DNA of 64,000 nucleotides, taken from NCBI GenBank assembly GCA_965214705.1, contig OZ243972.1:3520001-3584000 (forward strand), read 5' to 3'. Below the pieces are notes generated by a model, which had not been told where the DNA came from, did no database searches, and worked only from the letters and a program-made list of their open reading frames with translations. Source of the DNA: Alphaproteobacteria bacterium (GTDB taxonomy: Bacteria; Pseudomonadota; Alphaproteobacteria; UBA828). The number at the start of each line of letters is the position of its first letter. Positions within the stretch are counted from its first letter, which is position 1. The position numbers and the translations under genes are program-made. Shown in pieces: positions 29,362-43,366 of this stretch.

Positions 29362-30162
29362 ATGTATCCGTTCACCTACCACCGGCCTGCCTCGCTCGAC
29401 GACGCCAAGGCTCGGCTCGCGGCGAGCGAGGACGGCCGTCCGCTCGCAGGCGGCATGAGCCTGCTCCCGACCATGCGCTTCCGCCTCGCCTCGTGTGCGG
29501 ATCTGGTCGATCTCAACGGCATCGAGGCACTGGCTGGGATCGAGCGGGGCGACGGTCACGTGCGGATCGGGGCGATGACGCGGCACGCGGCGGTGGCGGA
29601 GTCGCCTGAGGTGGGAGAGGCAATCCCGGCGCTTGCGGCGCTCGCGGGCTCCATCGGCGACGTGCAGGTGCGCAACCGGGGCACCATCGGCGGCTCGATC
29701 TGCTTCGCCGACCCGGCAGCGGACTATCCGGCCGGCCTGTTGGGCCTCGGCGCCACGGTCAACACCGACCGGCGCGCCATCGCCGCCGACGACTTCTTCA
29801 CCGGGCTCTACGAGACCGCGCTGGAGGAGGGCGAGATCGTGGTCTCGGTGGATTTTCCGATTCCGGAGCGCGCGGGCTGGGCCAAGTTTGGCAACCAGGC
29901 CTCGCGCTTCGCCGTCGTCGCGGTGATGGTGTCGCTCTCAGATGGTTCGGTTCGTCTCGCGGTCACCGGGGCCAAGCCCCACGTCTTCCGCGTGCCGGAT
30001 ATGGAGCAGGCGCTTGCCGCCAACTTCACTGAAGAGGCCATCGAAGGCATCGCGGTTTCGAGCGAGGGGCTCAACGAGGACCTCCACGCCGACAGTGAGT
30101 ACCGCGCGCACCTCGTCGGCGTGATGGCGAAGCGCGCTGTCCGCGACGCCCTCGCACGATGA
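29362..30162 (+). CDS. Molybdenum hydroxylase FAD subunit 2
   Basis: AGGMSL, QVRNRGTIGGS, DPAADYP. Confidence 0.93.
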   Translation: MYPFTYHRPASLDDAKARLAASEDGRPLAGGMSLLPTMRFRLASCADLVDLNGIEALAGIERGDGHVRIGAMTRHAAVAESPEVGEAIPALAALAGSIGDVQVRNRGTIGGSICFADPAADYPAGLLGLGATVNTDRRAIAADDFFTGLYETALEEGEIVVSVDFPIPERAGWAKFGNQASRFAVVAVMVSLSDGSVRLAVTGAKPHVFRVPDMEQALAANFTEEAIEGIAVSSEGLNEDLHADSEYRAHLVGVMAKRAVRDALAR

Positions 30163-31016
30163 AGCCCGCTCGCTTCCGCTACCTGCGCGCGGCGAGCGTG
30201 AACGAAGCGCTGCAGGCGCTCGCGGACAACCCCGACGCCCAAATCCTGGCCGGCGGCCAGAGCCTCATCGCCATGATGAACCTCAGGCTGGTGAAGCCCG
30301 CCTGCCTGATCGACATCAACCGGATTCCGGATATCGGCTACATCAGGGAAGATGGCGACGGCGTCGCCATCGGCGCGCTGGCGCGGCACAACGACGTCAA
30401 GCACTCGGCGCTGGTCCGGGAGCGCTGCCCGCTGCTGACCGAGGCTTACGGGTCGATCGCGCACCACACCGTGCGCAATCGCGGCACCCTTGGCGGTAAT
30501 CTCTGTCACGCCGATCCCTCGTCGGAGACGCCGGCGGTGATGGTTGCCGTGGGCGCGACGCTGGTGCTGCAGAGCCTGCGGGGCAGGCGCGAGGTCGGAG
30601 CGGAGGATTTCTTTCTCGGCACCTACGAGACGGCGCGGCGGCAGGACGAGATGCTGGTCGAGATTCGCATTCCCGGCCGCGGCACCGACGGCTGGGCCTT
30701 CGCCGAGATCAGCAACCGGCACGGCGACTTCGCCATCGCCGTGGTCGCGACGACCCTCACCCTCGCGAACGGGCGCTGCGAGGCGGCGCGCGTGGTGGCG
30801 AGCGGCGTCGGCGAGCACGCGGCACGGCTCCTGCCGGCGCAGGAAGCGCTGGTCGGCGGGCCGATCGACGATGCGCGCCTCGATGCCGTTGCGGCAGCGG
30901 CCGCTGGCGCGGTCGATCCGCATAGCGACAGCCATGCCGATGCCGCCTATCGGCGGGACGCGGTCGCCGCGCTGACCAAGCGGACCGTTCGCCGGGCCGC
31001 CGAGCGTTGCGGCTGA
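30159..31016 (+). CDS. Molybdenum hydroxylase FAD subunit 3
   Basis: AGGQSL, VRNRGTLGGN. Confidence 0.93.
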   Translation: MKPARFRYLRAASVNEALQALADNPDAQILAGGQSLIAMMNLRLVKPACLIDINRIPDIGYIREDGDGVAIGALARHNDVKHSALVRERCPLLTEAYGSIAHHTVRNRGTLGGNLCHADPSSETPAVMVAVGATLVLQSLRGRREVGAEDFFLGTYETARRQDEMLVEIRIPGRGTDGWAFAEISNRHGDFAIAVVATTLTLANGRCEAARVVASGVGEHAARLLPAQEALVGGPIDDARLDAVAAAAAGAVDPHSDSHADAAYRRDAVAALTKRTVRRAAERCG

Positions 31017-31028
31017 GGGGGACGCACC

Positions 31029-31507
<479 letters not shown>

Positions 31508-31511
<4 letters not shown>

Positions 31512-33970
31512 CCGATCGCGGCCACATCCCCGAGAGCCGGCAGCGCGAGAAGCCGCGCGCCGACCTGCAGTGGATCGGCAAGAGCATGAAGCGGGTGGAA
31601 GACCCGCGCCTCCTCGTCGGCAAGGGCGTCTATGCCGACGACATCAACGTGCCGGAGATGGCGCACGCCGCCGTGCTGCGCAGCCCCCACGCCCACGCGC
31701 GGATCGTCTCCATCGACGTGAGCAAGGCCGCCGCGCTCCCCGGCGTGCTCTGCGTGATGACCGGCGCCGATGCGGCCCAGGTCTGCGATCCGCTGCCCAC
31801 GTGGGCCAGCCCGCCGGTGCTCCAGGCAGTGATCGCCCACGACCGGGTGCGCCATGTCGGCGAGGCGGTGGCGGCGGTGGCGGCGGAGGACCGCTACATC
31901 GCCGAGGATGCCTGCGATCTGATCGAGGTCGAATACGAGCCGCTGCCCCCGGTGGTCGATCCCGAGGAGGCGCTGACGTCCACGGGCGATGCCGTGCTGC
32001 ATCCCGAGCGCGGCGACACCAACATCGGGCTCGAGCGCACGCTCACCTTCGGGCCGGTGGAGGAGGATTTCGCCGCCGCCGACCTGGTGATCGAGCGCCG
32101 CTTCCGCTGGCCGCGCTCGGGAGGCCAGCCGCTGGAGACGGTGGGCGCCGTTGCGAGCTTCGACGATGGCGCGGGCCGCTTCACCATCCAGTGCAATACA
32201 TCGATGTACAACTACTGCGGCTGGATGATCGCGAGCACGCTCCGCGTCGCGCCTCACAAGCTCAACATCGTGCCGACGCTTGCGGGCGGCAGCTTCGGCA
32301 GCAAGATGTTCGTTCACAAGGTTCCCGTGCTAGCTGCGGTGCTGGCGCGCGCGGTGGGCCGGCCGGTCAAGTTCATGGAAGACCGGATCGACAACACCAC
32401 GAGCTGCGATAACCACGCGTCCGACCGGGTCTACTACGCGAAGCTCGCGCTCAAGCGGGACGGCACGCTGCTCAGCCTCAAGACCCGGATCATCGACGAT
32501 TACGGCGCCTATCTGCAGTTCGGCGTCGGCCAGCACGGCAACGCGCTTTCGCAATGCGTGGGTCCCTACCGCATCAACAGCGTCGAGGTCGACCTTGCCG
32601 CGGTGCTCACCAACAAGTGCCAGCAGGGGGCCTATCGCGGCTTCGGCTCCGAGGTGGCGAACTTCGTCATCGAGCGGCTGGTGGACGCGGCGGCGGACGA
32701 GCTCGGAGTCGACCGGATCGCGCTCCGGCGGCAGAACTTCATCCAGCCGGACCAGTTCCCCTACCTGATCCCGACCGGGAACATGTACGACAGCGGCAAC
32801 TATCAGGCGGTCCTCGACGAGACCCTGAAGTTGGCCGACGTGGAGGGCTGGCGGGCGAAGCAGGCCGAGGCGCGCAAGGAAGGCCGTTACATCGGCATCG
32901 GCGTCGCCACCTGTCAGGAGCGCAGCGTCTTCAGCGCCACCGAGTTCTGGATGTGGAATCTGGAGCCGGGCGTCGAGTGGACCAGCTCGCCCGACGGTGT
33001 CTCGGTCAAGATCGACCCCACCGGCAAGGCCTTTGTCACCCTGCACTCGCCCTTCTGGGGCAACAGCCCCGAGACGGTGGCAGCGCAAGTGCTGGCCGAG
33101 CAGCTCACCATCGACCCGGCTGACATCGAGATCACCTATTCGGACACCGACCAGGGCCTCAATTCGACCGGGCCAGGTGGCAGCCGGTTTACCGTTATGG
33201 TGACCGGCGCCATCGTCGGCGCCGCCGGCAAGATCCGCGAGAAGCTGCTCCGCATCGCCGCCCACCTGATGGAGGCGGACGTGCGCGATCTCACGCTTCA
33301 GGACGGCGCGGTGCAGGTCAAGGGCGTGCCCGATATGAAGATGAGCATCGCCGAGCTCGCCGACAAGGCGCACTACTACCGGCTCAGCATGCCCGAGGAC
33401 CTAGACCTCACCAGCGGGCTCGACGCGACCTACGTCTACGACCACCCGGTGACCACGCTGCCGGACCCCGACGAGCGCCACATGGGCATCTTCTACCCGA
33501 TCATGGGCCACAGCTGTCACATCCCGGTGGTCGAGGTGGATATCGAGACCGGGCAGGTGCACTTCCTCCATTACGCCGCCGTGCACGACTGCGGCACGAT
33601 GGTGAACCCGATGACGCTGGAGGGGCACATCCGCGGCGGCACGGTGAACGGCATCGGGACGGCGCTCTTCGAGGAGTTCAGCTACGACGAGGCCGGCCAG
33701 CTCACCACGGCGCTCTGGACCGACTACCTGATCCCGACGATCAAGGAATCGCCGCCCGACATCGTCGTGGGCCATGTGGAGACGCCGTCCCCCTTCACCG
33801 AGTATGGCGTGAAGGGTGGCGGCGAGGGCGGGCGCATGGGCGGCCCGCCTGCGATCGCGGCGGCCATCGAGGACGCGCTCAAGCCTTTGGGCGTGACCAT
33901 CGACAGCCTGCCGCTGCCGCCGAGCAAGCTCCGCGCCCTCATTCGTGAGGCTCAGGCGACAGCAGCCTGA
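31508..33970 (+). CDS. Molybdenum hydroxylase molybdopterin subunit 3 (close paralog of subunit 1)
   Basis: Shares IPESRQREKP, NKCQQGAYRGFGSEV, ATEFWMWN and PFWGNSPET with subunit 1. Confidence 0.93.
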
Positions 33971-34863
33971 CCCTGCCCGGCGTCCGGGTCTTCAGACTTG
34001 AAGTGCGCCGCCTCCCAGCCCAGCATGACGCGTTTGCGGGCGGGGCCCCACTCGTAATTCGAGATGCGGCCCGAGCGCCGGATCACCCGGTGGCAGGGGA
34101 TCAGGTAGGAGATCGGGTTGGCGGCGACGGCGCCGCCCACCGCGCGGGCTGAGCGCGGAAGCCCCAATGCCTGGGCCAGCGCTTGGTAAGAGGTGATCCG
34201 GCCAGGCGGAATACGCAGCAGCGCCTCCCACACCTTGAGCTGGAAGTTGGTGCCGCAGAGCGCGAGCCGGAGCGGTTCAGCGGCTGTCGCCCGCCGACCG
34301 TCGAAAATGCGCGCAACGATGGCTTCGGTCGCGGCCCGGTCTTCGCGAAAGCGCGCGGCGGGCCATCGGCGTTCGAACTCCGCGCGAACGGCTTGGGCAT
34401 CGCTCCTGTGGTCGTCGGCGAAGCCGAGAGCGCAGATGCCGCGTTCGGTCTGGGCGACGAAGCAGGGGCCGAAGGGGCTCGGGTGCACGCCGTAAGAAAT
34501 GTCCACGCCGTCGCCTCCCCGCTTGAAGGCGCCGGGACTCATCGCCTCGTAGGTGACGAAGAGATCGTGAAGCCGCGAAGGACCGGATAGGCCCGCGTCA
34601 TAGGCGGCATCGAGGACCGAGGCGGAGGCTTCGAGCTGCGCCTTGGCGTAGTCGAGCGTCAGGAACTGGGCGAAGCGCTTGGGCGAGATGCCCGCCCAGC
34701 GTCGGAACAGGCGCTGGAAGTGATGGGGGCTCAGGCCGGCCTGCTCCGCTACCTCGCCAAGCTCAGGCTGATCGCGGAAGTGCTCCTCCAGGTAGAGGAT
34801 CGCGGCTTCAATGCGGGCGTAGTCGCGCGCGTTCTGTGCAATGTCCGTGGGTGCGGTTGTCAT
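33952..34863 (-). CDS. AraC-HTH plus O6-methylguanine-DNA methyltransferase (Ada/Ogt-like)
   Basis: LSPHHFQRLF HTH; GTNFQLKVW; IPCHRVI active site. Confidence 0.92.
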   Translation of the reverse strand: MTTAPTDIAQNARDYARIEAAILYLEEHFRDQPELGEVAEQAGLSPHHFQRLFRRWAGISPKRFAQFLTLDYAKAQLEASASVLDAAYDAGLSGPSRLHDLFVTYEAMSPGAFKRGGDGVDISYGVHPSPFGPCFVAQTERGICALGFADDHRSDAQAVRAEFERRWPAARFREDRAATEAIVARIFDGRRATAAEPLRLALCGTNFQLKVWEALLRIPPGRITSYQALAQALGLPRSARAVGGAVAANPISYLIPCHRVIRRSGRISNYEWGPARKRVMLGWEAAHFKSEDPDAGQGQAAVA

Positions 34864-34962
34864 GGCGGCCCTCCTGAGCCGCCAATCTAGGAAGCGCGAA
34901 CGCGCCCGGCCACCCGATAGTTGCGTTGGGATCACATCCAAATTAATGTAGTAACATAAATC

Positions 34963-35241
34963 ATGTTAGTAGAGTTCGATTCGGCGAAGCGCGCCGCCAC
35001 TCTCCAGAGCAGGGGACTGGACATGGCACGCGCCGGAGAGGTGCTGGCGGGAGCCACGCTGACCGCACAGGACGACCGACGAGACTACGGCGAGGATCGC
35101 TTCATCACGATCGGATTCCTCGACGACGCAATGGTGGTCCTGGTCTGGACGCCGCGCTATGGCGCGCATCGCATCATTAGCATGAGGAAAGCCAATGAAA
35201 GAGAACGAGCACTCTACGGTCCGCGATTCCGATCCCGATGA
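34963..35241 (+). CDS. brnT: BrnT-family toxin
   Basis: EFDSAK, DYGEDRFITIG, RIISMRKA. Confidence 0.9.
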   Translation: MLVEFDSAKRAATLQSRGLDMARAGEVLAGATLTAQDDRRDYGEDRFITIGFLDDAMVVLVWTPRYGAHRIISMRKANERERALYGPRFRSR

Positions 35242-35452
35242 CGCGCCGGACCTTACGGGGGACGGCTGGCCCGAGAAGTTCGCCAAAGCGAAAGTTCGCC
35301 GGGGCCGGCCGCCGGTCGCCAAACCGAAGGTGTCAACAACGATCCGCCTCTCGCCGGAGGTGATCGATTACTTCAAGGCCGGTGGTCGAGGTTGGCAGAC
35401 ACGAATCGACGAGGCGCTTCGCGATTGGATCGGGAAGCAGGGGGCCGCGTGA
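35195..35452 (+). CDS. brnA: BrnA-family antitoxin
   Basis: RGRP...KVSTTIRLSPEVIDYFKAGGRGWQTRIDEAL. Confidence 0.9.
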   Translation: MKENEHSTVRDSDPDDAPDLTGDGWPEKFAKAKVRRGRPPVAKPKVSTTIRLSPEVIDYFKAGGRGWQTRIDEALRDWIGKQGAA

Positions 35453-35471
35453 TCGTCACAACTCGCAGCGT

Positions 35472-36272
35472 CTATGTCGTGGGCGTCAGGGTTACCCCGT
35501 GATTGACTGGACCGTGGCCCGCGCCCAGACCCGGCGCGGCTTCGATCGCCGCTCTGAGATAGCGGCGCGCCCGCGCAACGGCATCAACGAGGCCCATGCC
35601 CTGTGCGATTCCTGTGGCGATAGCCGAGGCCAGGGTACAGCCGGTGCCGTGGGTGTGGCGGCTCTCGATTCTTTGCCCGTGGAAGCGTTCGAGCTCGCCG
35701 GCGTGGCTTAGCAGATCGGTGATCTCGTCCGCCTTGAGGTGACCGCCCTTCACCAGAACCGCCCTGGGTCCGAGTTCATGAATGCGTTCGGCCGCACGGC
35801 CCATGTCGTCCACTGTGGCGATGGCCAGACCGGTTAGTCGCTCCGCCTCCGGGATGTTGGGCGTCACAAGGTCGGCTTGGCCGATGAGCGTGGTTTCGAG
35901 CGCGCGCATGGCGGAGTCTTCCAGCAGTGAGGCGCCGCCCTTGGCGACAAGCACGGGATCGACCACCAGGGGAATGCCCTCACCGTAACGCGCCGCGGCA
36001 TCTGCGACCGCCTCGATGATGGGCGCACTGTGAATCATCCCGGTCTTGATGCAGTCGGCGCCGATGTCGGCCAATACGACGCGCATCTGCTCGGCGACGA
36101 AATCGGCCGGCACGGCGTGGACGGCGTGGACCGTGCGCGTGTCCTGGGCAGTCAGCGCAGTGATCGCTGTCGCTGCGTAGCCGCCGAGCGCGGTCACGGT
36201 CTTGATGTCGGCCTGGATGCCGGCGCCGCCGCCCGAGTCGGAGCCGGCGACGATCAGCACACGACCCTTCAT
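35472..36272 (-). CDS. thiD: Hydroxymethylpyrimidine/phosphomethylpyrimidine kinase
   Basis: [24 protein letters not shown]. Confidence 0.96.
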   Translation of the reverse strand: MKGRVLIVAGSDSGGGAGIQADIKTVTALGGYAATAITALTAQDTRTVHAVHAVPADFVAEQMRVVLADIGADCIKTGMIHSAPIIEAVADAAARYGEGIPLVVDPVLVAKGGASLLEDSAMRALETTLIGQADLVTPNIPEAERLTGLAIATVDDMGRAAERIHELGPRAVLVKGGHLKADEITDLLSHAGELERFHGQRIESRHTHGTGCTLASAIATGIAQGMGLVDAVARARRYLRAAIEAAPGLGAGHGPVNHGVTLTPTT

Positions 36273-37669
36273 TGCGCCGCGGCGCCCGTGCGCTCCCCCG
36301 CGTGTTCCGCCTCGGCCGCTGCGACCACGGCTTCGGCGACATCGTCGACCACTTCAGCGACCAGCGCTTCATCGTCCCCTTCGGCCATCACGCGGATGAC
36401 CGGCTCCGTGCCGGAGGCGCGAATCACCAGGCGGCCGTGCTCGCCGAGCCGCGACTGGCCATCCGCGATCGCCGCTTTGGCACCCGCGCTCTCAAGCGCG
36501 CCGGTGTCGGCGACGCGGACGTTTCGGAGCAGCTGAGGGACGGGCTCGAAGAGACCGGTCACGTCACTGGCTCGACGCCCCGTCGCCGCGAGCGCCGCCA
36601 AGGTTTGGAGGGCGGCCAGCAGGCCGTCGCCGGTGGTCGCATGATCGCGCATGACGATATGGCCCGACTGCTCGCCGCCCAGATTGAACCCGTGCTCCCG
36701 CATGTGCTCCACGACGTAGCGGTCGCCGACGCGGGTGCGCTCCAGGGTGAGCCCGATGCCTGCGAGGTAGCGCTCCAGCCCCAGATTGGACATGACGGTC
36801 GCGACCACGCCGCCGCCTCTCAGCCGTCCAGCCGAGGCCCAACTCGACGCGATCAGCGCCAGGATGTAGTCGCCATCGATCACCGCGCCGGTCTCGTCGC
36901 AAATCACGACCCGGTCGGCGTCGCCGTCCAGCGCGATCCCGATATCAGCGCCGCGTTCCAAGACTGTGCGGGCGAGCGCGGCTGTGTCGGTCGAGCCGAA
37001 GCCCTGGTTGATGTTGAAGCCATCGGGCTCGGCGCCGATGGTGACGACTTCGGCGCCAAGTTCCCAAAGAACGGTCGGGGCCACCTTGTAGGCGGCGCCG
37101 TGGGCACAGTCGATCACGATGCGCCTGCCTTCAAGACCCAGCGGCTGTGGGAAGCTGTTCTTGACGAACTCGATGTAGCGGCCCTCTGCGTCGTCGAGGC
37201 GGCGTGCCCGCCCCAACGCCGGCGGCGGCGCCAGTCCGCGCGCGCCGGAATCGACTGATGCCTCGATGCGTGCCTCCATCTCGTCGGAAAGCTTGTAGCC
37301 ATCCGGCCCGAACAGCTTGATGCCGTTGTCGGCGAAGAGGTTGTGAGAGGCGGAGATCATCACGCCAAGATCGGCCCGGAGCGCGCGGGTCAGCATCGCC
37401 ACCGCCGGCGTCGGCATGGGGCCCACCAGGATCACGTCCATGCCCACCGAGATGAAGCCCGCCGTCAGCGCCGGCTCGAACAGGTAGCCCGAGAGCCGCG
37501 TGTCCTTGCCGATGACGACGCGGTGCCGGTGATCGCCGCGCACGAAGAGGCTTCCGGCGGCGGCGCCGACTTTCATCGCTGTCTCGCCGGTCATCGGCTC
37601 CTGGTTCGCGATGCCGCGAATGCCGTCGGTCCCAAAGAGCGAGCGTGGCGCTCCACCGGCGCGGCTCAC
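36269..37669 (-). CDS. glmM: Phosphoglucosamine mutase
   Basis: [27 protein letters not shown]. Confidence 0.96.
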   Translation of the reverse strand: MSRAGGAPRSLFGTDGIRGIANQEPMTGETAMKVGAAAGSLFVRGDHRHRVVIGKDTRLSGYLFEPALTAGFISVGMDVILVGPMPTPAVAMLTRALRADLGVMISASHNLFADNGIKLFGPDGYKLSDEMEARIEASVDSGARGLAPPPALGRARRLDDAEGRYIEFVKNSFPQPLGLEGRRIVIDCAHGAAYKVAPTVLWELGAEVVTIGAEPDGFNINQGFGSTDTAALARTVLERGADIGIALDGDADRVVICDETGAVIDGDYILALIASSWASAGRLRGGGVVATVMSNLGLERYLAGIGLTLERTRVGDRYVVEHMREHGFNLGGEQSGHIVMRDHATTGDGLLAALQTLAALAATGRRASDVTGLFEPVPQLLRNVRVADTGALESAGAKAAIADGQSRLGEHGRLVIRASGTEPVIRVMAEGDDEALVAEVVDDVAEAVVAAAEAEHAGERTGAAAQ

Positions 37670-38784
37670 CGGAGTATCTCCTGTACTGCTGCCTCAGGGT
37701 CGCGAATGCCCCGCCACATCGCGAGCGCTTGGCGGGTTTCGGCGACGTCATGCACGCGCAGGATGTGGGCGCCCTCGTCGAGCGCGTGCAGCCCTGCCGC
37801 GAGCGAGCCCGGCAGCCGTTCCTTGGGCGCTTCGCCTGCGCTGAGGCGCCCGATGAAGCTCTTGCGTGATGCGCCGACGAGCAGCGGACAGCCGAGGCCG
37901 TGGAACAGCGCGATATCACGCAGGACTTCGAGATTGTGGCGGGCCGTCTTGCCGAAGCCGATGCCGGGATCGACGATGATCCGCGCGCGGGGGATGCCGG
38001 AGGCTTCCGCTGCGCTCATGTGGGCGGCCAGCGCATCGAACACGTCGAGGCTCGCGTCCTCGTAGCGGGGCTCGCGCTGCATGGTCTCCGGCGTGCCCTG
38101 CATGTGGCTGAGCACGACCCAGGCGCCCCGCCGGGCGACGACCGCGCGGGCCTGCGGGTCGTGGCTGAGCGCGCTGATGTCGTTCACCATCCGCGCGCCG
38201 GCGGCGAGCGCGGCGTCCATCACCTCTGCGCGGCGGGTATCGACCGAGACCAACAACCCGTCGCTGGCGAGGGCACGAATCACCGGGATCACCCGGCGAA
38301 GCTCCTCCGCCTCGCTCGGTGCCTGCGAGCCGGGCCGGGTCGACTCGCCGCCGACGTCGATGATGTCGGCGCCGCCTGCGGCCATGGCGCGGCCGTGCGC
38401 GATGGCGTCGTCTTCGGCGGCGAAGTCGCCGCCGTCGGAGAAGCTGTCAGGGGTCACGTTGAGAACGCCCATGAGACGCGGCCGGTCGAGCGCGAGTCCG
38501 CAGACCGGACTACGAGGCGCGCTCAGGCGGACGCTGAGTGCAGTGATCTCGTCGGCCGCGCCCGGCGCGTTCTTCTCGGCCCAGCGCGAGAGTGCGGCTT
38601 GCTGCAGCCTGATCCGACGACGCGCGGGTGTGGCCCGAAAGAGCACGTCCACCAGGTCGAAGGTGAGCGCCTCACCGGGGACTGGGTTACAAGGCCGCAA
38701 GTAGACGCCGCCGACGCGCGGCTCCGGCAACGCGCCTTCGGCGTCTTCTCGTTCAGATTGTCTCAGAGATACCGCCGCCGGCAT
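37666..38784 (-). CDS. folP: Dihydropteroate synthase
   Basis: [35 protein letters not shown]. Confidence 0.96.
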   Translation of the reverse strand: MPAAVSLRQSEREDAEGALPEPRVGGVYLRPCNPVPGEALTFDLVDVLFRATPARRRIRLQQAALSRWAEKNAPGAADEITALSVRLSAPRSPVCGLALDRPRLMGVLNVTPDSFSDGGDFAAEDDAIAHGRAMAAGGADIIDVGGESTRPGSQAPSEAEELRRVIPVIRALASDGLLVSVDTRRAEVMDAALAAGARMVNDISALSHDPQARAVVARRGAWVVLSHMQGTPETMQREPRYEDASLDVFDALAAHMSAAEASGIPRARIIVDPGIGFGKTARHNLEVLRDIALFHGLGCPLLVGASRKSFIGRLSAGEAPKERLPGSLAAGLHALDEGAHILRVHDVAETRQALAMWRGIRDPEAAVQEILR

Positions 38785-38800
38785 GACGGCTCAGGTGCCG

Positions 38801-40729
<1,929 letters not shown>

Positions 40730-40873
40730 CGTTCGGCCTCCGATTGTCCTCGCGTTCGTCTACGGCCGACGCCGTCAGCGGCGAAGCAACCCACGCGCAA
40801 TCCGCACGCGCAGCCGCTGCAGTGTACACGACATTCGCCGCGCGGACGATCAATAGTCTCTTCAACGGTTTCG

Positions 40874-42316
40874 TCAACTGTCTTCATCCTGCAACGGCAA
40901 CACGCGGAGCGTCGCCGGGAGGCCCGGTGCCAAGGGACGCGTTGGCCGAAACGACACTGAAAACTCTGCGGCCCCGGCCTCGTGTTGGGGCGATGCGCGT
41001 CTGAATCCCAAGTGGGGAGCGGCGAGCGGACCGTCAAGGTCGAACAGCGCGGGCAGTGAAGGCCGCGCCGGTGCCGGGATGCAATCGGTCATGAGCGGTA
41101 CACCTGCCTTGCGGGCCATTGCGCGGGCCTGAGCCAAGCCGTCGGTGCCGAGTCGGCGGACGACGTAGGGCCTTGCGGAGGCAGAGGGTCCCAGGGAGAC
41201 GACGAATCGGCGGTCCCACAGTGTGCTCTCGCCCGGCGCGAGCGGGTGGACTTCCGAGGCAGCAGACGGTTCTCGGCATACGACGACTCGCCCATCTCGC
41301 TGCGGCACGACACGACATCCGCCGAGCGTCGCCGCCTTGGTGCCGTCGTCGAGCAGTCGGTGGGCGAGCCGCTCCAGTCTTTCTTGCCGTGGCGGATAGG
41401 CGTTGCCGGAGACCGTAGTGACGACGCAGCCCAACGCACGCACCGCCAGAGCGTGCGGCGCCCGCCGCAAGACGCTCAGGTCCAGGATCACGAAGCCCGC
41501 AGGCGAGGGGCGCGTGCAGGCGGCAAGCAGGTCGGTGCAGAGCCGGTCCAGCGCGGCACGGTCCTCTGCAGCGCGTGCAGCGGCCTTGGCCAACCGCGAA
41601 ACGCTCAGCCCTTCGGGCCGGAGGCGTGCCAATGCCGCTGCCAGGCGTGGGCGGACATGGCGGGTATCGCGGTTAGTCGGATCGTCAATCCAGGGCTGAT
41701 TCCAACGAGCCAAGGTCGCGATCAGCGCGGCGCGTGACACGGGAAGCAGGGGGCGGAGCAAACGGACGCCGCCGCCCGCCGGCTCTATCGCCAGGCGAAC
41801 CGGCGTCATGGCGGCCAGCCCGTCGATGCCGCTACCACGGGTGAGCCTTTGCAGCGCGGTTTCCGCCTGATCCTCTCGCTGATGGCCGAGAAGCAGATGG
41901 AGCACGCCGGCGCGCCGGCACCAGCCGGTGAGCAGTGCGAGGCGCGCGGCCCGTGCCAGTTCTTGAAGCCCTGTGACCGGGCGGGCGCCGGGCCAGTGCA
42001 GGGTTCGGTGAGTTATTCCGCCGGCCGCGAGCCAGCGCCCCACCTGCGCGGCTTCGGCGCCCGATTCGGGACGCAAGCGGTGGTCGACGGTGAGCCCACA
42101 TACCGTGCCGCTCCGCGACCGTGCCCAGCGATCGGCCAGCAAGCAGAGAGCGAGGCTATCCGGACCACCCGAAACCGCGACGGCGATCCGAGGCGACGGC
42201 TCGAAGGGGCCCAGCGGCGCCATGAGCGTCTCGAAGGCCGCCGCATCGATGGCTGCGGCGCCGGGCTCCACGCTTTCGGGTCTAACGATGCGGGGCGCGG
42301 CCACGGGCGGAGACAC
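40874..42316 (-). CDS. tilS: tRNA(Ile)-lysidine synthase
   Basis: AVSGGPDS, DHRLRPES, DQAET, RPLL; start codon approximate. Confidence 0.93.
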   Translation of the reverse strand: MSPPVAAPRIVRPESVEPGAAAIDAAAFETLMAPLGPFEPSPRIAVAVSGGPDSLALCLLADRWARSRSGTVCGLTVDHRLRPESGAEAAQVGRWLAAGGITHRTLHWPGARPVTGLQELARAARLALLTGWCRRAGVLHLLLGHQREDQAETALQRLTRGSGIDGLAAMTPVRLAIEPAGGGVRLLRPLLPVSRAALIATLARWNQPWIDDPTNRDTRHVRPRLAAALARLRPEGLSVSRLAKAAARAAEDRAALDRLCTDLLAACTRPSPAGFVILDLSVLRRAPHALAVRALGCVVTTVSGNAYPPRQERLERLAHRLLDDGTKAATLGGCRVVPQRDGRVVVCREPSAASEVHPLAPGESTLWDRRFVVSLGPSASARPYVVRRLGTDGLAQARAMARKAGVPLMTDCIPAPARPSLPALFDLDGPLAAPHLGFRRASPQHEAGAAEFSVSFRPTRPLAPGLPATLRVLPLQDEDS

Positions 42317-42327
42317 CCCGGCCCTAG

Positions 42328-43344
42328 TCAGGGGCAGTTCGCCTGGCGCCGCCCCTGCTGTGCCGCCCGGCGGATATTGAGCGGCGGGTCGGAAAACGCC
42401 TGGTCGAGCTGCTCGAAGGCCCGGCACGCCTCCTCGCTGCGGCCGAGCTTGAGCAGTGCGATACCGAGCTTGACCATGTTGTCCGGTGCTTTGCGGCCCT
42501 CCGGGTACTGGCGAAGGTTGAGCGCGTAGGATTTCGCCGCCTCCGGATACATCTGCCTGGCGTACAGGCTCTCGGCACGCCAATAGGCCGCGTTCTGCGC
42601 GAGGGCATCCGTGGGGTTCGCGTCGATGAAGCGCGAGAACGCCTCGTGTGCCTCTTTGTAGCGCGCCTCCTCTAACAGGCCGAACGCCGCCTGGTACTGC
42701 TCTTCCGGTGTTCCGGTGAGCGACAGCGCGTCATCGCCAGACTGTTCCGCGGGCACCGTGCCAAGAGTGCGAGGCGCCGCGGACGGCTCATAGCCCGCAT
42801 CCTGCCCTGGCGTGATGCTGGCCTGGGCTTGGCCCGTAGGCGCTGCAGCGGGCGCCTCGGTGCCGGACGACGCGACCGAAGCTGCCGGCACTCCGCCTTG
42901 CTGCTGTTCGAGGGCGGACAGTCTGAAGTCCACGTCCGCGACCAGCCGCGCGATGCGTCCATCGAGTCTGCGAAGCACATTATCGAACTCCTCGAAGCGG
43001 CCGGTGACGCGGCGCCGCCATTCTCGGGCCTCGTCGATGTCGCTCTCAAGCTCCGCGAGACGTCGGCTGTTTCGCGCCGCCTGTCCGCTCTCCGCCTCCG
43101 CCTCCGCAGCCGCGCCGCGTTGAGCGTCGCCAGCATGAACCACCCGTTCGAGTTCGGCGAGTTGAACGCGCAGGCTCTGAATCTGGTTCCTCAGCTCTCG
43201 GACCTGGGGCCTGAGGTCGATGCCCGACTGAGCTTCGACGGGCGCCGTCGCCAGCAGCACCGATACCGCTGCAATCGCCGCTAGCAGCGCCGCCGCTCCC
43301 ACCGCCGTTAGTCGCCGTCGGCGGCGGCCTGCGACGCCGCCCAT
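42328..43344 (-). CDS. cpoB: Tol-Pal system TPR protein CpoB/YbgF
   Basis: Signal peptide, coiled coil, C-terminal TPRs (NAAYWRAE, KAPDNMVKLG); follows pal. Confidence 0.9.
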   Translation of the reverse strand: MGGVAGRRRRRLTAVGAAALLAAIAAVSVLLATAPVEAQSGIDLRPQVRELRNQIQSLRVQLAELERVVHAGDAQRGAAAEAEAESGQAARNSRRLAELESDIDEAREWRRRVTGRFEEFDNVLRRLDGRIARLVADVDFRLSALEQQQGGVPAASVASSGTEAPAAAPTGQAQASITPGQDAGYEPSAAPRTLGTVPAEQSGDDALSLTGTPEEQYQAAFGLLEEARYKEAHEAFSRFIDANPTDALAQNAAYWRAESLYARQMYPEAAKSYALNLRQYPEGRKAPDNMVKLGIALLKLGRSEEACRAFEQLDQAFSDPPLNIRRAAQQGRRQANCP

Positions 43345-43366
43345 CGCTCTTCCGGCCCCCGATTTT

